Shown: positions 37,050-45,556 of the stretch, one piece after another | Layout: the number at the start of each line of letters is the position of its first letter | Position numbering within the stretch: the stretch's first letter is position 1 | DNA from: a virus | Taxonomy: Duplodnaviria; Caudoviricetes | Reading direction: 5' to 3' (one strand) | DNA: 64,000 nucleotides | Virus record (IMG/VR): IMGVR_UViG_3300025372_000001 | The notes under the pieces: model-generated | Databases searched by the model: none | Told to the model about the DNA's origin: nothing | The model's input: the letters and a program-made list of their open reading frames with translations, nothing else | Made by a program: the position numbers and the translations under genes

Positions 37050-37562
37050 ATGAGCCAGACATCATCTACTAATATCTATTGCTACTCTTGCACCTCTTGC
37101 ACCTCTTGCTACTCTTGCACCTATTGCAAATATTGCAACTATTGCACCTCTTGCACCTCTTGCTACTCTTGCACCTATTGCAACTCTTGCACCTATTGCA
37201 AGAATCTTAAGATGTCAGAATATCAACTCTTTTGTTGGTCTGAAAATTATAACGATGCTCTTAGTAAACAACAGAAAGATTACAGAGTTTTCAACAAACA
37301 AGTAACTAAGGAACGTTACGAAACAATTCTTAAAGAAATTCAATCTATTATTCCTAATACGAATAAATTGAAATTACTTGAATTTTGGCAATCGCTTACT
37401 AATAAACAAATTCAAACTCTTAGTAAAATCCCTGAATTTGATGAAGTCGGATTTGAATATATTACAGGTCGAAAAGTCCCCAAAGAACTTACAGAAGTAG
37501 AAAAGGCAATCGCATTGCTTATTCGGGAAGGTAAACTAGTTGACGGAAAGATTCTTGTTTAA
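37050..37562 (+). CDS. Cys-rich CxxCxxC repeat protein (paralog of 6515)
   Basis: 9-bp tandem units (TCTTGCACC, TATTGCAAC and variants); shared C-terminal domain. Confidence 0.8.
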   Translation: MSQTSSTNIYCYSCTSCTSCYSCTYCKYCNYCTSCTSCYSCTYCNSCTYCKNLKMSEYQLFCWSENYNDALSKQQKDYRVFNKQVTKERYETILKEIQSIIPNTNKLKLLEFWQSLTNKQIQTLSKIPEFDEVGFEYITGRKVPKELTEVEKAIALLIREGKLVDGKILV

Positions 37563-37864
37563 CCCTTTCTCTTTTCGATTCTTTTCCCCTTTCCTTGCAT
37601 CCTAATTACTTTTGAGTATCGGATACCAGGGAAAGGGGAAACCTCTTTAAAACCGCATTAGAATTGAAAAGAGAGAAAGTTTAAATAATAAATTGACATC
37701 AGGGGAAGGATAGGTTATTCTTCTTTGGGGTTTGGAAACAACAACTCTGGCAAAAACGAAAAAAAGTATATATAATAGAAAGAATAATATAATAGTACTT
37801 AAATGAATTATTAATGTTATTATTCTGTTGACAAGAATTGAAACAAGAGTAGAATTATTATCTT

Positions 37865-38071
37865 ATGAAGACACTTGCTGAATTGATTGCAGAATTGCAG
37901 AAGATACCTAATCCTGAGAAAGTAGGAGTAGCTGTACACGAAGGGGATGGTTGTTATGACCTTGTGGAAAAAGATTTGATTTGTCCTCGATTCAGAGAAT
38001 TCCATGTTTTATCCGATAATGATGCAAAGAAAGCACGGGATCAAGAATTGACTTCCCTTCTCACTTTTTAA
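37865..38071 (+). CDS. Small protein, paralog of 34516
   Basis: KIPNPEKVG motif. Confidence 0.7.
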   Translation: MKTLAELIAELQKIPNPEKVGVAVHEGDGCYDLVEKDLICPRFREFHVLSDNDAKKARDQELTSLLTF

Positions 38072-38467
38072 AGTAAAAATAAACAAAATTCACTAAATAG
38101 AATATTGTAATTGAATTTCTTTTTAACTACTTCAAACTTAGCTGCTTGCGGTGATAAACAGTACAGGAAAGAAAAGGGATGAGGTTACAATTGTGTAACA
38201 TAATTGCTCGTTCAAGCCTCTCTGGTGATTCAACAGATATTTTTCATAAAATGAATTAAGGATAAAGTAACCTTGTAAGGATCAAGCCCTTATATATCCC
38301 TGAGTTAAGCAATATACCTCTTAATCATAAAGAAAAGGCAGTATCAGTTTTATATGAATTTTACCACTATGTTTTATAGTGGTTTTTGTGTTGGTTGAAT
38401 TTGAGATGAAAAGAAAGTTGAAATAGTATTTGCTTAGTTTATAAAAATGGGATAAGCTGGTTATCTT

Positions 38468-38659
38468 ATGAAACATCCCGGTTACACAGAAGAGCAAGAG
38501 CGTGCATTAGGTCAAGCAGTGATTAACATGCTTGATTTGAAATTTACAAAAGAGTATCCAGACCGAGTGAATACGGTTCATGGTACTAAGACTGTGCTTG
38601 GCTTAGGCCGCATGATTCTTCGTGAAATCGAAAATATTGAAGAAAAATCATTTGCATAA
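38468..38659 (+). CDS. Hypothetical protein
   Basis: Promoter-like element upstream. Confidence 0.6.
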   Translation: MKHPGYTEEQERALGQAVINMLDLKFTKEYPDRVNTVHGTKTVLGLGRMILREIENIEEKSFA

Positions 38660-38734
38660 AATCTGAAATAGGTTAATCTAACGTTGTCAGAGAAAACAAA
38701 CAAAGTCCGTTAATCACCTCAAATACTCAAATAT

Positions 38735-39904
38735 ATGGCTCACGAAATTGAACTTCCAATCGATCAAGTCTTTAGCATTGCAGGCACCGAATGGCACGGC
38801 CTTGCTGAACATGTCAAATCCATTACGGCAGAATTCCTTAAAGAACGAGGTGTGTTCTTTCCAATTCGCCAAGGAACCGTTCTCAACTCTTTCACCGATG
38901 GACGTTCCTTCAAAGAAATCATGACTTCCATTCAAGATGCCATCGCCTTGAATGATCTGGAAAAAGTCAAAGAAGAAATTACAAATCTTGGACTTGCTGA
39001 GATTGATACTCACAAAAATGTGATTGCAGATTTCAGTGAGTGCCGCCCCGACCTTGTTGCACAAGGTATCAATCATGTTCCTCTTCATGTGACTAAAACT
39101 TCTTATGAAGTTATTCCTAATGAAAAGGTTCATGAAGTGGTAAGCAAAGCATTCGATTGCCCTATCGTCACTGCCGGAACACTTCAAGGGGGACAAATCT
39201 TCTTTATGTCTCTTGATATTGGAGGTGCTACCCGTAACGGCCCCCGTGGTGACATTTACTCGCAATATCTTGATTGTATCACTTCTCACAATGGAACACT
39301 TGGTACACGTTTCTATGATTCCACAACTCGAATTGTTTGCATGAATACCCTTCGTGCAAGTCTCTCCGATAAGGGGTTGCTTGATTTCTGCGTGTATCAT
39401 ACAAAGGGTGCTGATGCTGCTCTCGATAAGGTGAGCAATGATCTTTCCAAGGTGTTCCTTCAACGGGATGAATTCTTTAAGAATCTGGAAATTCTTGATC
39501 TTCATAATTGTTCTGTTGCTGATGCAAGGGCTTTGTTCATTGCTTACACTATCGAAGAAGCACGGAATGCTAATCCTGATAAAGAAGAAAAGATTATCTC
39601 TACTCAAGTGTACAACAGAGCGGAAGAAATCGGTTCTCTTTTCGTTCGGGGTGCAGGTAATCGTGGTGCAACAAGGTATGATGCCCTTCAAGCCGTTACT
39701 GATTGCTTCTCTAATGGTATTGGAGCCGGAAAGAATGCAAATCGTAATGATAAATTCCTTACGGGTAAATTCGGACAAGCCGCTAAAATCAAAGAAGGGT
39801 ATCTCCCTTTCCTCATGCAAGACGAAGATGTCATTCTAAGCCATATTGAAGCCGGTAACAAGGCTTTGGCTCTCTACACGCCAAGTAAGGTTGCGATGCG
39901 TTAA
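38735..39904 (+). CDS. DUF932/DUF945 family phage-plasmid protein
   Basis: WHGL, YEVI.NE, AGTL.GG...F, SHNG, TRIVCMNTL, HT.G, YDA.QAVTD motifs. Confidence 0.85.
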   Translation: MAHEIELPIDQVFSIAGTEWHGLAEHVKSITAEFLKERGVFFPIRQGTVLNSFTDGRSFKEIMTSIQDAIALNDLEKVKEEITNLGLAEIDTHKNVIADFSECRPDLVAQGINHVPLHVTKTSYEVIPNEKVHEVVSKAFDCPIVTAGTLQGGQIFFMSLDIGGATRNGPRGDIYSQYLDCITSHNGTLGTRFYDSTTRIVCMNTLRASLSDKGLLDFCVYHTKGADAALDKVSNDLSKVFLQRDEFFKNLEILDLHNCSVADARALFIAYTIEEARNANPDKEEKIISTQVYNRAEEIGSLFVRGAGNRGATRYDALQAVTDCFSNGIGAGKNANRNDKFLTGKFGQAAKIKEGYLPFLMQDEDVILSHIEAGNKALALYTPSKVAMR

Positions 39905-39924
39905 AAGGGCAAAAGAATGTAAAA

Positions 39925-39956
39925 GAAAGGGTATCAGGGAAACTTGATACCCTTTC
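39925..39956 (+). terminator. Intrinsic terminator hairpin
   Basis: GAAAGGGTATCAGG-GAAA-CTTGATACCCTTTC. Confidence 0.7.
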
Positions 39957-40164
39957 GATTTAAATCTTGACTGTTAGTGAATAAAGCTTAGTATCTGTGA
40001 CATATGGTTGAACTCTTGAACTTGTTGAAATCGAATCCAGACTTGCTTAAAACTGCATTTGTTTGGAACTGGGAAACCGGCTTTAATGGTGGTAATTCAC
40101 ATAATCCTGAATTCGTGTAAAAATTGAATTGACAAAGAATAGAAACCTGATACCTTATTGAACT

Positions 40165-40380
40165 ATGAGTTACACCACTAAGCTAGAAAATGCACAAAAG
40201 TTTGCTGCCGATAATGTAGTTGATCTTGCAAAGGAATTGCTTGATTGGCGCAATACCGGAATTCTTGTAAATGGAAAATTGACGGAATTAGAAAAGCTTT
40301 GTTCCTTTGGTACCCATCCATTGACACTAGCAGAAGAGCTTGCCACTATAACAGCTTTTGAAAAACTCGTTCAAGGTTAA
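40165..40380 (+). CDS. Hypothetical protein
   Basis: Has its own promoter. Confidence 0.6.
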   Translation: MSYTTKLENAQKFAADNVVDLAKELLDWRNTGILVNGKLTELEKLCSFGTHPLTLAEELATITAFEKLVQG

Positions 40381-40716
40381 AAGTTGAATTGCCAAAGAAT
40401 AGAACTCGATTACGTTGCTGAACTATGAAAACCAAACTTACTCTTGTCAGTGTTGTTGTTAAAGGCAATCCTTGTGCAATCTTTGTTAATGCACCTCAAA
40501 ACGAAAAAGGACAAACAGTGGTTAGCCCTAAAATCTATGATGCTCTCAGTGCCAAAGCAGGTGCTCGCCATGGCGATACTGTCACTATGGGATAAAATAA
40601 AATAAGAAAAAAGAAAATCTTATTTGACAAAGTTTCAGAAGATGGTAAAGTGAACGTGTTGGAGGCAATAACGCCTTTCGACACTTCAAATAAATCCAGT
40701 TAGAACTAAGTACTAT

Positions 40717-41205
40717 ATGTCACAGTCCATCCTGCATAAGAATGTCCCTATTACTGAACAACTTACCATTGCAGTAAGAAAGGGCAATCGACTTGCAACG
40801 ACAATCGGTGCAATCCTTGGTACAGTAGTCCCCGTTATGGTCTATGCAGTCACCCATAAACTGCCTAGCCTGTCCTATACAGAAGGCGCATTCTATGTGC
40901 TCATGCTTATGGCAATCGGCGGGTGCTACTTCTCCATGAAAAGCGTCATTCAATGGGGCAAATTGGCATTCCAAGGCGATTCAATTAAAGCAGTCGCCTT
41001 TGCCCTCCTAATCGAGGGTATGCTCGTAATGAGCGGAATGCTTCCAGATATGGCATGGCTCGGTTATGCAGCATTAGGCTACCTCTGCATGATTAATGCT
41101 ATCTCTTGCGGGTGTAGCATTGCTCTGGAAGCAAAGAGCTACAATAGCCTAAAGCGTGCAGAGAATGCCCCTCCTAGCTCAAAGCGTAAGACTGCTAAAG
41201 CCTGA
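40717..41205 (+). CDS. Four-TM membrane protein
   Basis: Four hydrophobic segments and a basic tail. Confidence 0.75.
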   Translation: MSQSILHKNVPITEQLTIAVRKGNRLATTIGAILGTVVPVMVYAVTHKLPSLSYTEGAFYVLMLMAIGGCYFSMKSVIQWGKLAFQGDSIKAVAFALLIEGMLVMSGMLPDMAWLGYAALGYLCMINAISCGCSIALEAKSYNSLKRAENAPPSSKRKTAKA

Positions 41206-41211
41206 TAAGTT

Positions 41212-41249
41212 AACCCGGTTAGATTAACAATCTAACCGGGTTTTCGTTT
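41212..41249 (+). terminator. Intrinsic terminator
   Basis: 14-bp perfect inverted repeat AACCCGGTTAGATT-AAC-AATCTAACCGGGTT plus T-rich tail. Confidence 0.8.
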
Positions 41250-41283
41250 GACAATTATCTGAAATAGGTTAATCTCTTGAATC

Positions 41284-41484
41284 ATGAACACTCCCCCTCT
41301 TACCGTTGCCGACTTGATTGCTCACCTTCAAACATTTATTGCTCACCTTCAAACATTGCCAGCTAATGCCCCCGTCATAGTGTTTGATGGATGCGGCGCA
41401 AATATGACAATCAAAGAATTCGCTGGCCTTGACGAACAAGGAAACTTTGATATTAACCTTTCCAAAGAATTGAAATATGCTTAA
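41284..41484 (+). CDS. Small LTVADLIAHL-type protein with an internal 7-aa duplication
   Basis: IAHLQT repeated (ATTGCTCACCTTCAAACATT x2). Confidence 0.65.
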   Translation: MNTPPLTVADLIAHLQTFIAHLQTLPANAPVIVFDGCGANMTIKEFAGLDEQGNFDINLSKELKYA

Positions 41485-41490
41485 TCAGTA

Positions 41491-41754
41491 GTTGACATTA
41501 TCCACTCTTAACCTATACTCTCCCATGATCCCCTACACCGTCATTTCAATTCAACCTCGCTCACTTGCACCTAAACTTCAACGCGTGCTTGCACCTAATC
41601 CACAAGCCATCATGCTCCATTATCAAGGAGATGTGTACTACATCATTAACGGGCATCCTACCCTAGAAGGTGAACAAGGTCACGAATCATTCCTAGAAGT
41701 TATTACAATCAATGGTTGACATTATCTACCCTTAGCTTATACTCTCCCATGATC
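41491..41754 (+). repeat. 40-bp direct repeats (41491-41530 and 41715-41754) containing a promoter and ATG
   Basis: 36/40 identity; they flank the gene at 41525-41719. Confidence 0.85.
41525..41719 (+). CDS. Hypothetical protein (start reassigned)
   Basis: ATG 5 nt after TATACT. Confidence 0.6.
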   Translation: MIPYTVISIQPRSLAPKLQRVLAPNPQAIMLHYQGDVYYIINGHPTLEGEQGHESFLEVITING

Positions 41755-42209
41755 TTCCACATTGCTTTCCCCGTCACTTGCACAGTCGCCCTTCCTTTAC
41801 TTGCTAAATTTGTCGAATTGTTAATTTAATTCGGAAAGTTAGTTGATTAGGGAAAAATATGATGGATTAGGGCGGACTCGTGGAAATTTCCAGGAATACC
41901 CCTTAAATGGGGTGTACCCCCTACCCCGGCAAATGCGGAACGTATTCAAATATAAAAAATATTATAGAATAATTTCCAAGTATTACACCTGTTGGCGTTT
42001 TTTACTAAACGCAAGAGAACGTTCATCTATTTTTATTTTTTATTATAAAATTCCACATATTTGTACATGTGAAGAAAGTTATTAAGATGATATAATACAC
42101 TGTTCATCTAGTTTATATTTGTACATGTGAACAATTATCCCTTGATGGAACATGCTTAACATATAACTATCGACTTTATATTACACAACATTGAGTCGTT
42201 CATATAAAC

Positions 42210-42240
42210 AAAAAAACGAACATTGATTTGTTCGTTTTTT
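42210..42240. terminator. Bidirectional intrinsic terminator between convergent units
   Basis: AAAAAAACGAAC-ATTGATTT-GTTCGTTTTTT. Confidence 0.8.
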
Positions 42241-42278
42241 GTTTTTAAAAATTTTTTATTATAAAATTCTCTATTTTC

Positions 42279-43181
42279 TTATGTGTGGGCGTTTCGTTTA
42301 TAATTTTGGTAAAATTGGTATGCTCTTTTATATAGGCGTTGTTTATTTCTTTTGGTGAAATATTCTAGATTAGTATCTAAGCGTTGTTCTAATAATCCCA
42401 TAAAATCATTAAATGATTTTATGTTTGAGTTTTTTGAAAGTTCATTAAAGACTTGTAAGAGGAATGCATTTATTTCTCCGGTGTTGTTGAAATATTCTTT
42501 ATTGATTAGATATGATAATCTTTTATTATATTCTTCTTCGGCTTGTTCTTTATTCATTTCGCCGGTTTTAATTTTGTTTAGATAGAATTCTTTTAATTTA
42601 TATTTTAGGTCTTGTTGTTTTTGTCCTCTGGAATATGCTTGTTTAAGCAGATTGGTATTTTTCATGCTTGAATCATCGTGTTTATGAATGAGTTCATGGA
42701 ATAAGGCAGATTGAGTTTGTTTATTTTGGATTAGTGTAATGAATTCTTGATATTTTTCTTGAAGAGTTTGTTTAATATTTTTTAATCCGCCTAATTCTTT
42801 GATGTTTAATTTATCTCCTTTTTCCGTTCTAGAAATATAATAGTAAGTGTATTTCTTAAGGGTTGAGAATGCATTGGAAAGGGTATTGTCATAGATGTAG
42901 ATTTTTTTATATTTGGGATCATATTCTGCATGGCTATTATCTTTTTTATTAAGGAAGATGAAAGGGGGATAATTGAAGAAGGTGTTTAGTTCGGAAATGA
43001 GGTCTAATCGTTCTTCTCTGGTGGTTTTTGTAGGAGAATAGGAAAGGACTCTATTTAGAAGATTAGTAAGAGTAGTCTGGAGGGTTTCTATTTTGGTTTG
43101 AATAGCAAGAGAGATTTCTTGAACTTTTTGAGGGTCATCTTTTCGTTCGGATAAGAGGTTATATAGTTCTAGGAATTTCAT
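42279..43181 (-). CDS. Zincin-like metallopeptidase with a capsid-targeting-like N-terminus
   Basis: ALFHELIHK (HExxH) and downstream YF..TGEINAF; N-terminus MKFLELYNLLSE; TAAATA 7 nt upstream. Confidence 0.7.
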   Translation of the reverse strand: MKFLELYNLLSERKDDPQKVQEISLAIQTKIETLQTTLTNLLNRVLSYSPTKTTREERLDLISELNTFFNYPPFIFLNKKDNSHAEYDPKYKKIYIYDNTLSNAFSTLKKYTYYYISRTEKGDKLNIKELGGLKNIKQTLQEKYQEFITLIQNKQTQSALFHELIHKHDDSSMKNTNLLKQAYSRGQKQQDLKYKLKEFYLNKIKTGEMNKEQAEEEYNKRLSYLINKEYFNNTGEINAFLLQVFNELSKNSNIKSFNDFMGLLEQRLDTNLEYFTKRNKQRLYKRAYQFYQNYKRNAHT

Positions 43182-43191
43182 ATTTGAATAT

Positions 43192-45168
43192 TTAACCGTA
43201 GATTAGTTTATCAATTCTTTTGTATTTGATATTGAAGGCATTCATTAATAGTTCTACTTCTCGGAGGCATTCGTTTCTTCCTCCTCCCATAATATAGCAA
43301 TTATTATATTCTTTTAATTTCTTAATAGATAACCATTCGACAGAGATGGGATCATATTGGGGAATATTATCATCGTTTAATAATTCTTTCCATTTTTCTG
43401 ATGAGTTTCCGTCTTCGGTAATTTCTCTAGAATCAGTTATTCTATTTTGGTACATGATTCTAATTGCTTTGATGAGAGAGCTATTAGAGACTCCTTGATC
43501 CATCCATGGTCTTAGATAGCCGTAGCCTTTGTCAATAATTTCTATATCATTCCAATTTCGGGTGAAGCCGTTTTCTTCCCAGAAATATTTAATATCTTCT
43601 ATAGTGTCTTCGGTTATTCCTGTTTCTTCTGCATTAACCATTAACAAAGTTGGACCCGTTTGATTATTAACAAAATTGATAATATCTCTGAACTTTTGTT
43701 TATCTTGTTTAGATTTATAGAAATTATAATAAGTGGGTTGGACATCGACAACTATGCAAGAGGATGATTTTGATTCTTTGATATAATTGAGGTAGTGATC
43801 TTTGAAACTTTCTCCCATTTTAAATCTTTGTTCTGCTCCTAATGGTGCTTTTGGTTTAATGCCTTGGGCTTTCATTAAAGCTGCTTTCTTTTCAGGGGGA
43901 GCAAGATGTAAAGGTTTATCAATAAAATCTTGTTTAACCGGTTCTTCTTTATTGGGAACACGAATACCTAGTTCTTGTTTAAATTCTTCAAAGGAATATA
44001 TTTCGGAAACATCTGGAATTTCCCATTGATATTCATTAGGATTTAAATTATTATCATTGAACATTTTAAGAACCCATTTAAGATTGTTCTTAAGCATGCC
44101 GATAGTATTCCAAAAGCCTATTACTTTTTGTTCAGTCCATAATCTACCTTGGATTATATTAGGTAAATTTCTCAATAACATATTTCTGTTGAGATAGTTA
44201 TCCTTCAATGCTTCTTTAAATTCATCTGAAAGTGTTCCGTTTGTGTTATATGCAATGGGTTGGTTAGCTACCATATCAGATAAGACTCCTATTAATCCCC
44301 CATGATATTGATTTTCATTATCTGCAATAATATTAAAATCATGATCGACAATGAATGCTTTGGCATCTTTATCTGCATAGCTGGCTCTTTGTTCAAACCC
44401 CCATTTACCTGTATAATAAATTTCTTCTGCACTTTCTTGATAGAGGTTATTGAAATGATCTTTGAAGCTTTCTCCCATGGCATACTTTGTTTTTATATCA
44501 ATCGGAGTTTTTGGTTTAACTCCCATTCCTTTTAACACCTCTTGTTTCTTTGCAGGATCAGTTGTATGAACAATATGTTTAGTATCCACTTTACTTTTTG
44601 GCTCTTCCTCTTTCTTAATATTAAAGAATTGATGATAAGTTAAATTAACTTCTCTACTTCCTTGTAATTCAAAATTATAAGTTAAGGTTTCTGGGTTCAT
44701 ATTCACATATCCAAGAAAATCTTTAACGGTTTGTTTCGTGTGTGCATTGAAATTATTTGGCGGATTCCAAAAAGAAATAATATTACCTTTAATAGATAAT
44801 CTTCCTAAGAAAGCATGAGGAACATCATTGATGAAATCGTCACGGGTTGTTCCGTAGAGCATATCTGTCCCTTTGAGAAAGTTAACACAATCTAGCGGCA
44901 TGTAGCCTTTTTCGTGATAAAGTTTTTTAAAGGAATTTAATTTGCGTCTATATTCGGGAGATTGAACAAGGGATTCAATTGGTTTATTGAGATGTTTTGC
45001 TTTGGCAATGAGGAGAAGTTCAACATGAGTAGGAATAAAAGAAGTGTCGGAAGTAGGATCAAACCAGAATACGAAGTTGCTACAAAAGCCAAAAGTGATA
45101 GCAGATGAATCCTGGGTGTACAGGTCATCAGGATTTTCAGTTAAAAGAAAATGATCCTTGAATCTCAT
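43192..45168 (-). CDS. Tripartite polyprotein: two paralogous GRL...FWN domains plus an isochorismatase/nicotinamidase-fold domain
   Basis: FKDH motif occurs 3 times; repeated linkers; VVDVQ, DKG and GGGRNECL (Asp-Lys-Cys triad). Confidence 0.7.
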   Translation of the reverse strand: MRFKDHFLLTENPDDLYTQDSSAITFGFCSNFVFWFDPTSDTSFIPTHVELLLIAKAKHLNKPIESLVQSPEYRRKLNSFKKLYHEKGYMPLDCVNFLKGTDMLYGTTRDDFINDVPHAFLGRLSIKGNIISFWNPPNNFNAHTKQTVKDFLGYVNMNPETLTYNFELQGSREVNLTYHQFFNIKKEEEPKSKVDTKHIVHTTDPAKKQEVLKGMGVKPKTPIDIKTKYAMGESFKDHFNNLYQESAEEIYYTGKWGFEQRASYADKDAKAFIVDHDFNIIADNENQYHGGLIGVLSDMVANQPIAYNTNGTLSDEFKEALKDNYLNRNMLLRNLPNIIQGRLWTEQKVIGFWNTIGMLKNNLKWVLKMFNDNNLNPNEYQWEIPDVSEIYSFEEFKQELGIRVPNKEEPVKQDFIDKPLHLAPPEKKAALMKAQGIKPKAPLGAEQRFKMGESFKDHYLNYIKESKSSSCIVVDVQPTYYNFYKSKQDKQKFRDIINFVNNQTGPTLLMVNAEETGITEDTIEDIKYFWEENGFTRNWNDIEIIDKGYGYLRPWMDQGVSNSSLIKAIRIMYQNRITDSREITEDGNSSEKWKELLNDDNIPQYDPISVEWLSIKKLKEYNNCYIMGGGRNECLREVELLMNAFNIKYKRIDKLIYG

Positions 45169-45173
45169 AATGA

Positions 45174-45425
45174 TTAAGCAGCACTAAGAAATTCTGACCA
45201 ACCACCTTCATAATGTTTATCAACACCTCTTACGATTTCTAAAGGAGTTAATTCTTTAATATCTTCTGGATCAAGATTTCCCCATTCACAATCAGAAATC
45301 CATTCACGTCCTGCTTCAATTTGTTCAGGAGTTAATTGAGCTAAAAGATGTTGATATTTTTGTTGTGCTCTATTAGCAACTTCTGATAAAAGTCCTTCAA
45401 TATAAGTGTCAAATGCATTTGTCAT
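45174..45425 (-). CDS. Small acidic late protein (start reassigned)
   Basis: TAAATA 8 nt upstream; MTNAFDTYIEGLLSE. Confidence 0.65.
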   Translation of the reverse strand: MTNAFDTYIEGLLSEVANRAQQKYQHLLAQLTPEQIEAGREWISDCEWGNLDPEDIKELTPLEIVRGVDKHYEGGWSEFLSAA

Positions 45426-45556
45426 GATAGAACTATTTATTGCTAGGAATAACAATATTAATTGCCGAAACGGATTGAGAGGAAGCCTTAGTAATATTCT
45501 TTGCTATTTCTGCTGATTTAAAAATATCAAATAATCCACTTCCTTTCATATCAATA

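Larger units (their letters stand above)
2484..41743 (+). promoter_or_regulatory. Array of more than 40 sigma70-type early promoters
   Basis: TTGAC(A/T/G), 16-17 bp spacer, TAnnnT in most intergenic gaps (e.g. 2484, 5518, 7850, 13571, 23953, 27609, 31010, 33829, 35930, 36629, 41492). Confidence 0.85.

Noticed and set aside
32980-37205. Tandem 15-bp and 9-bp repeats as possible CRISPR arrays or DGR template repeats
   Set aside because: They are in-frame coding repeats with no unique spacers, and there is no cas or reverse transcriptase gene in the window.
38714-39820. 368-aa minus-strand ORF
   Set aside because: It is the antisense shadow of the DUF932 gene, which has motifs and lies on the strand used by all neighbours.
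41843-42085. 80-aa ORF in the junction region
   Set aside because: It has a TTG start, runs through palindromes and repeats, and has no recognisable features, so it is probably non-coding.
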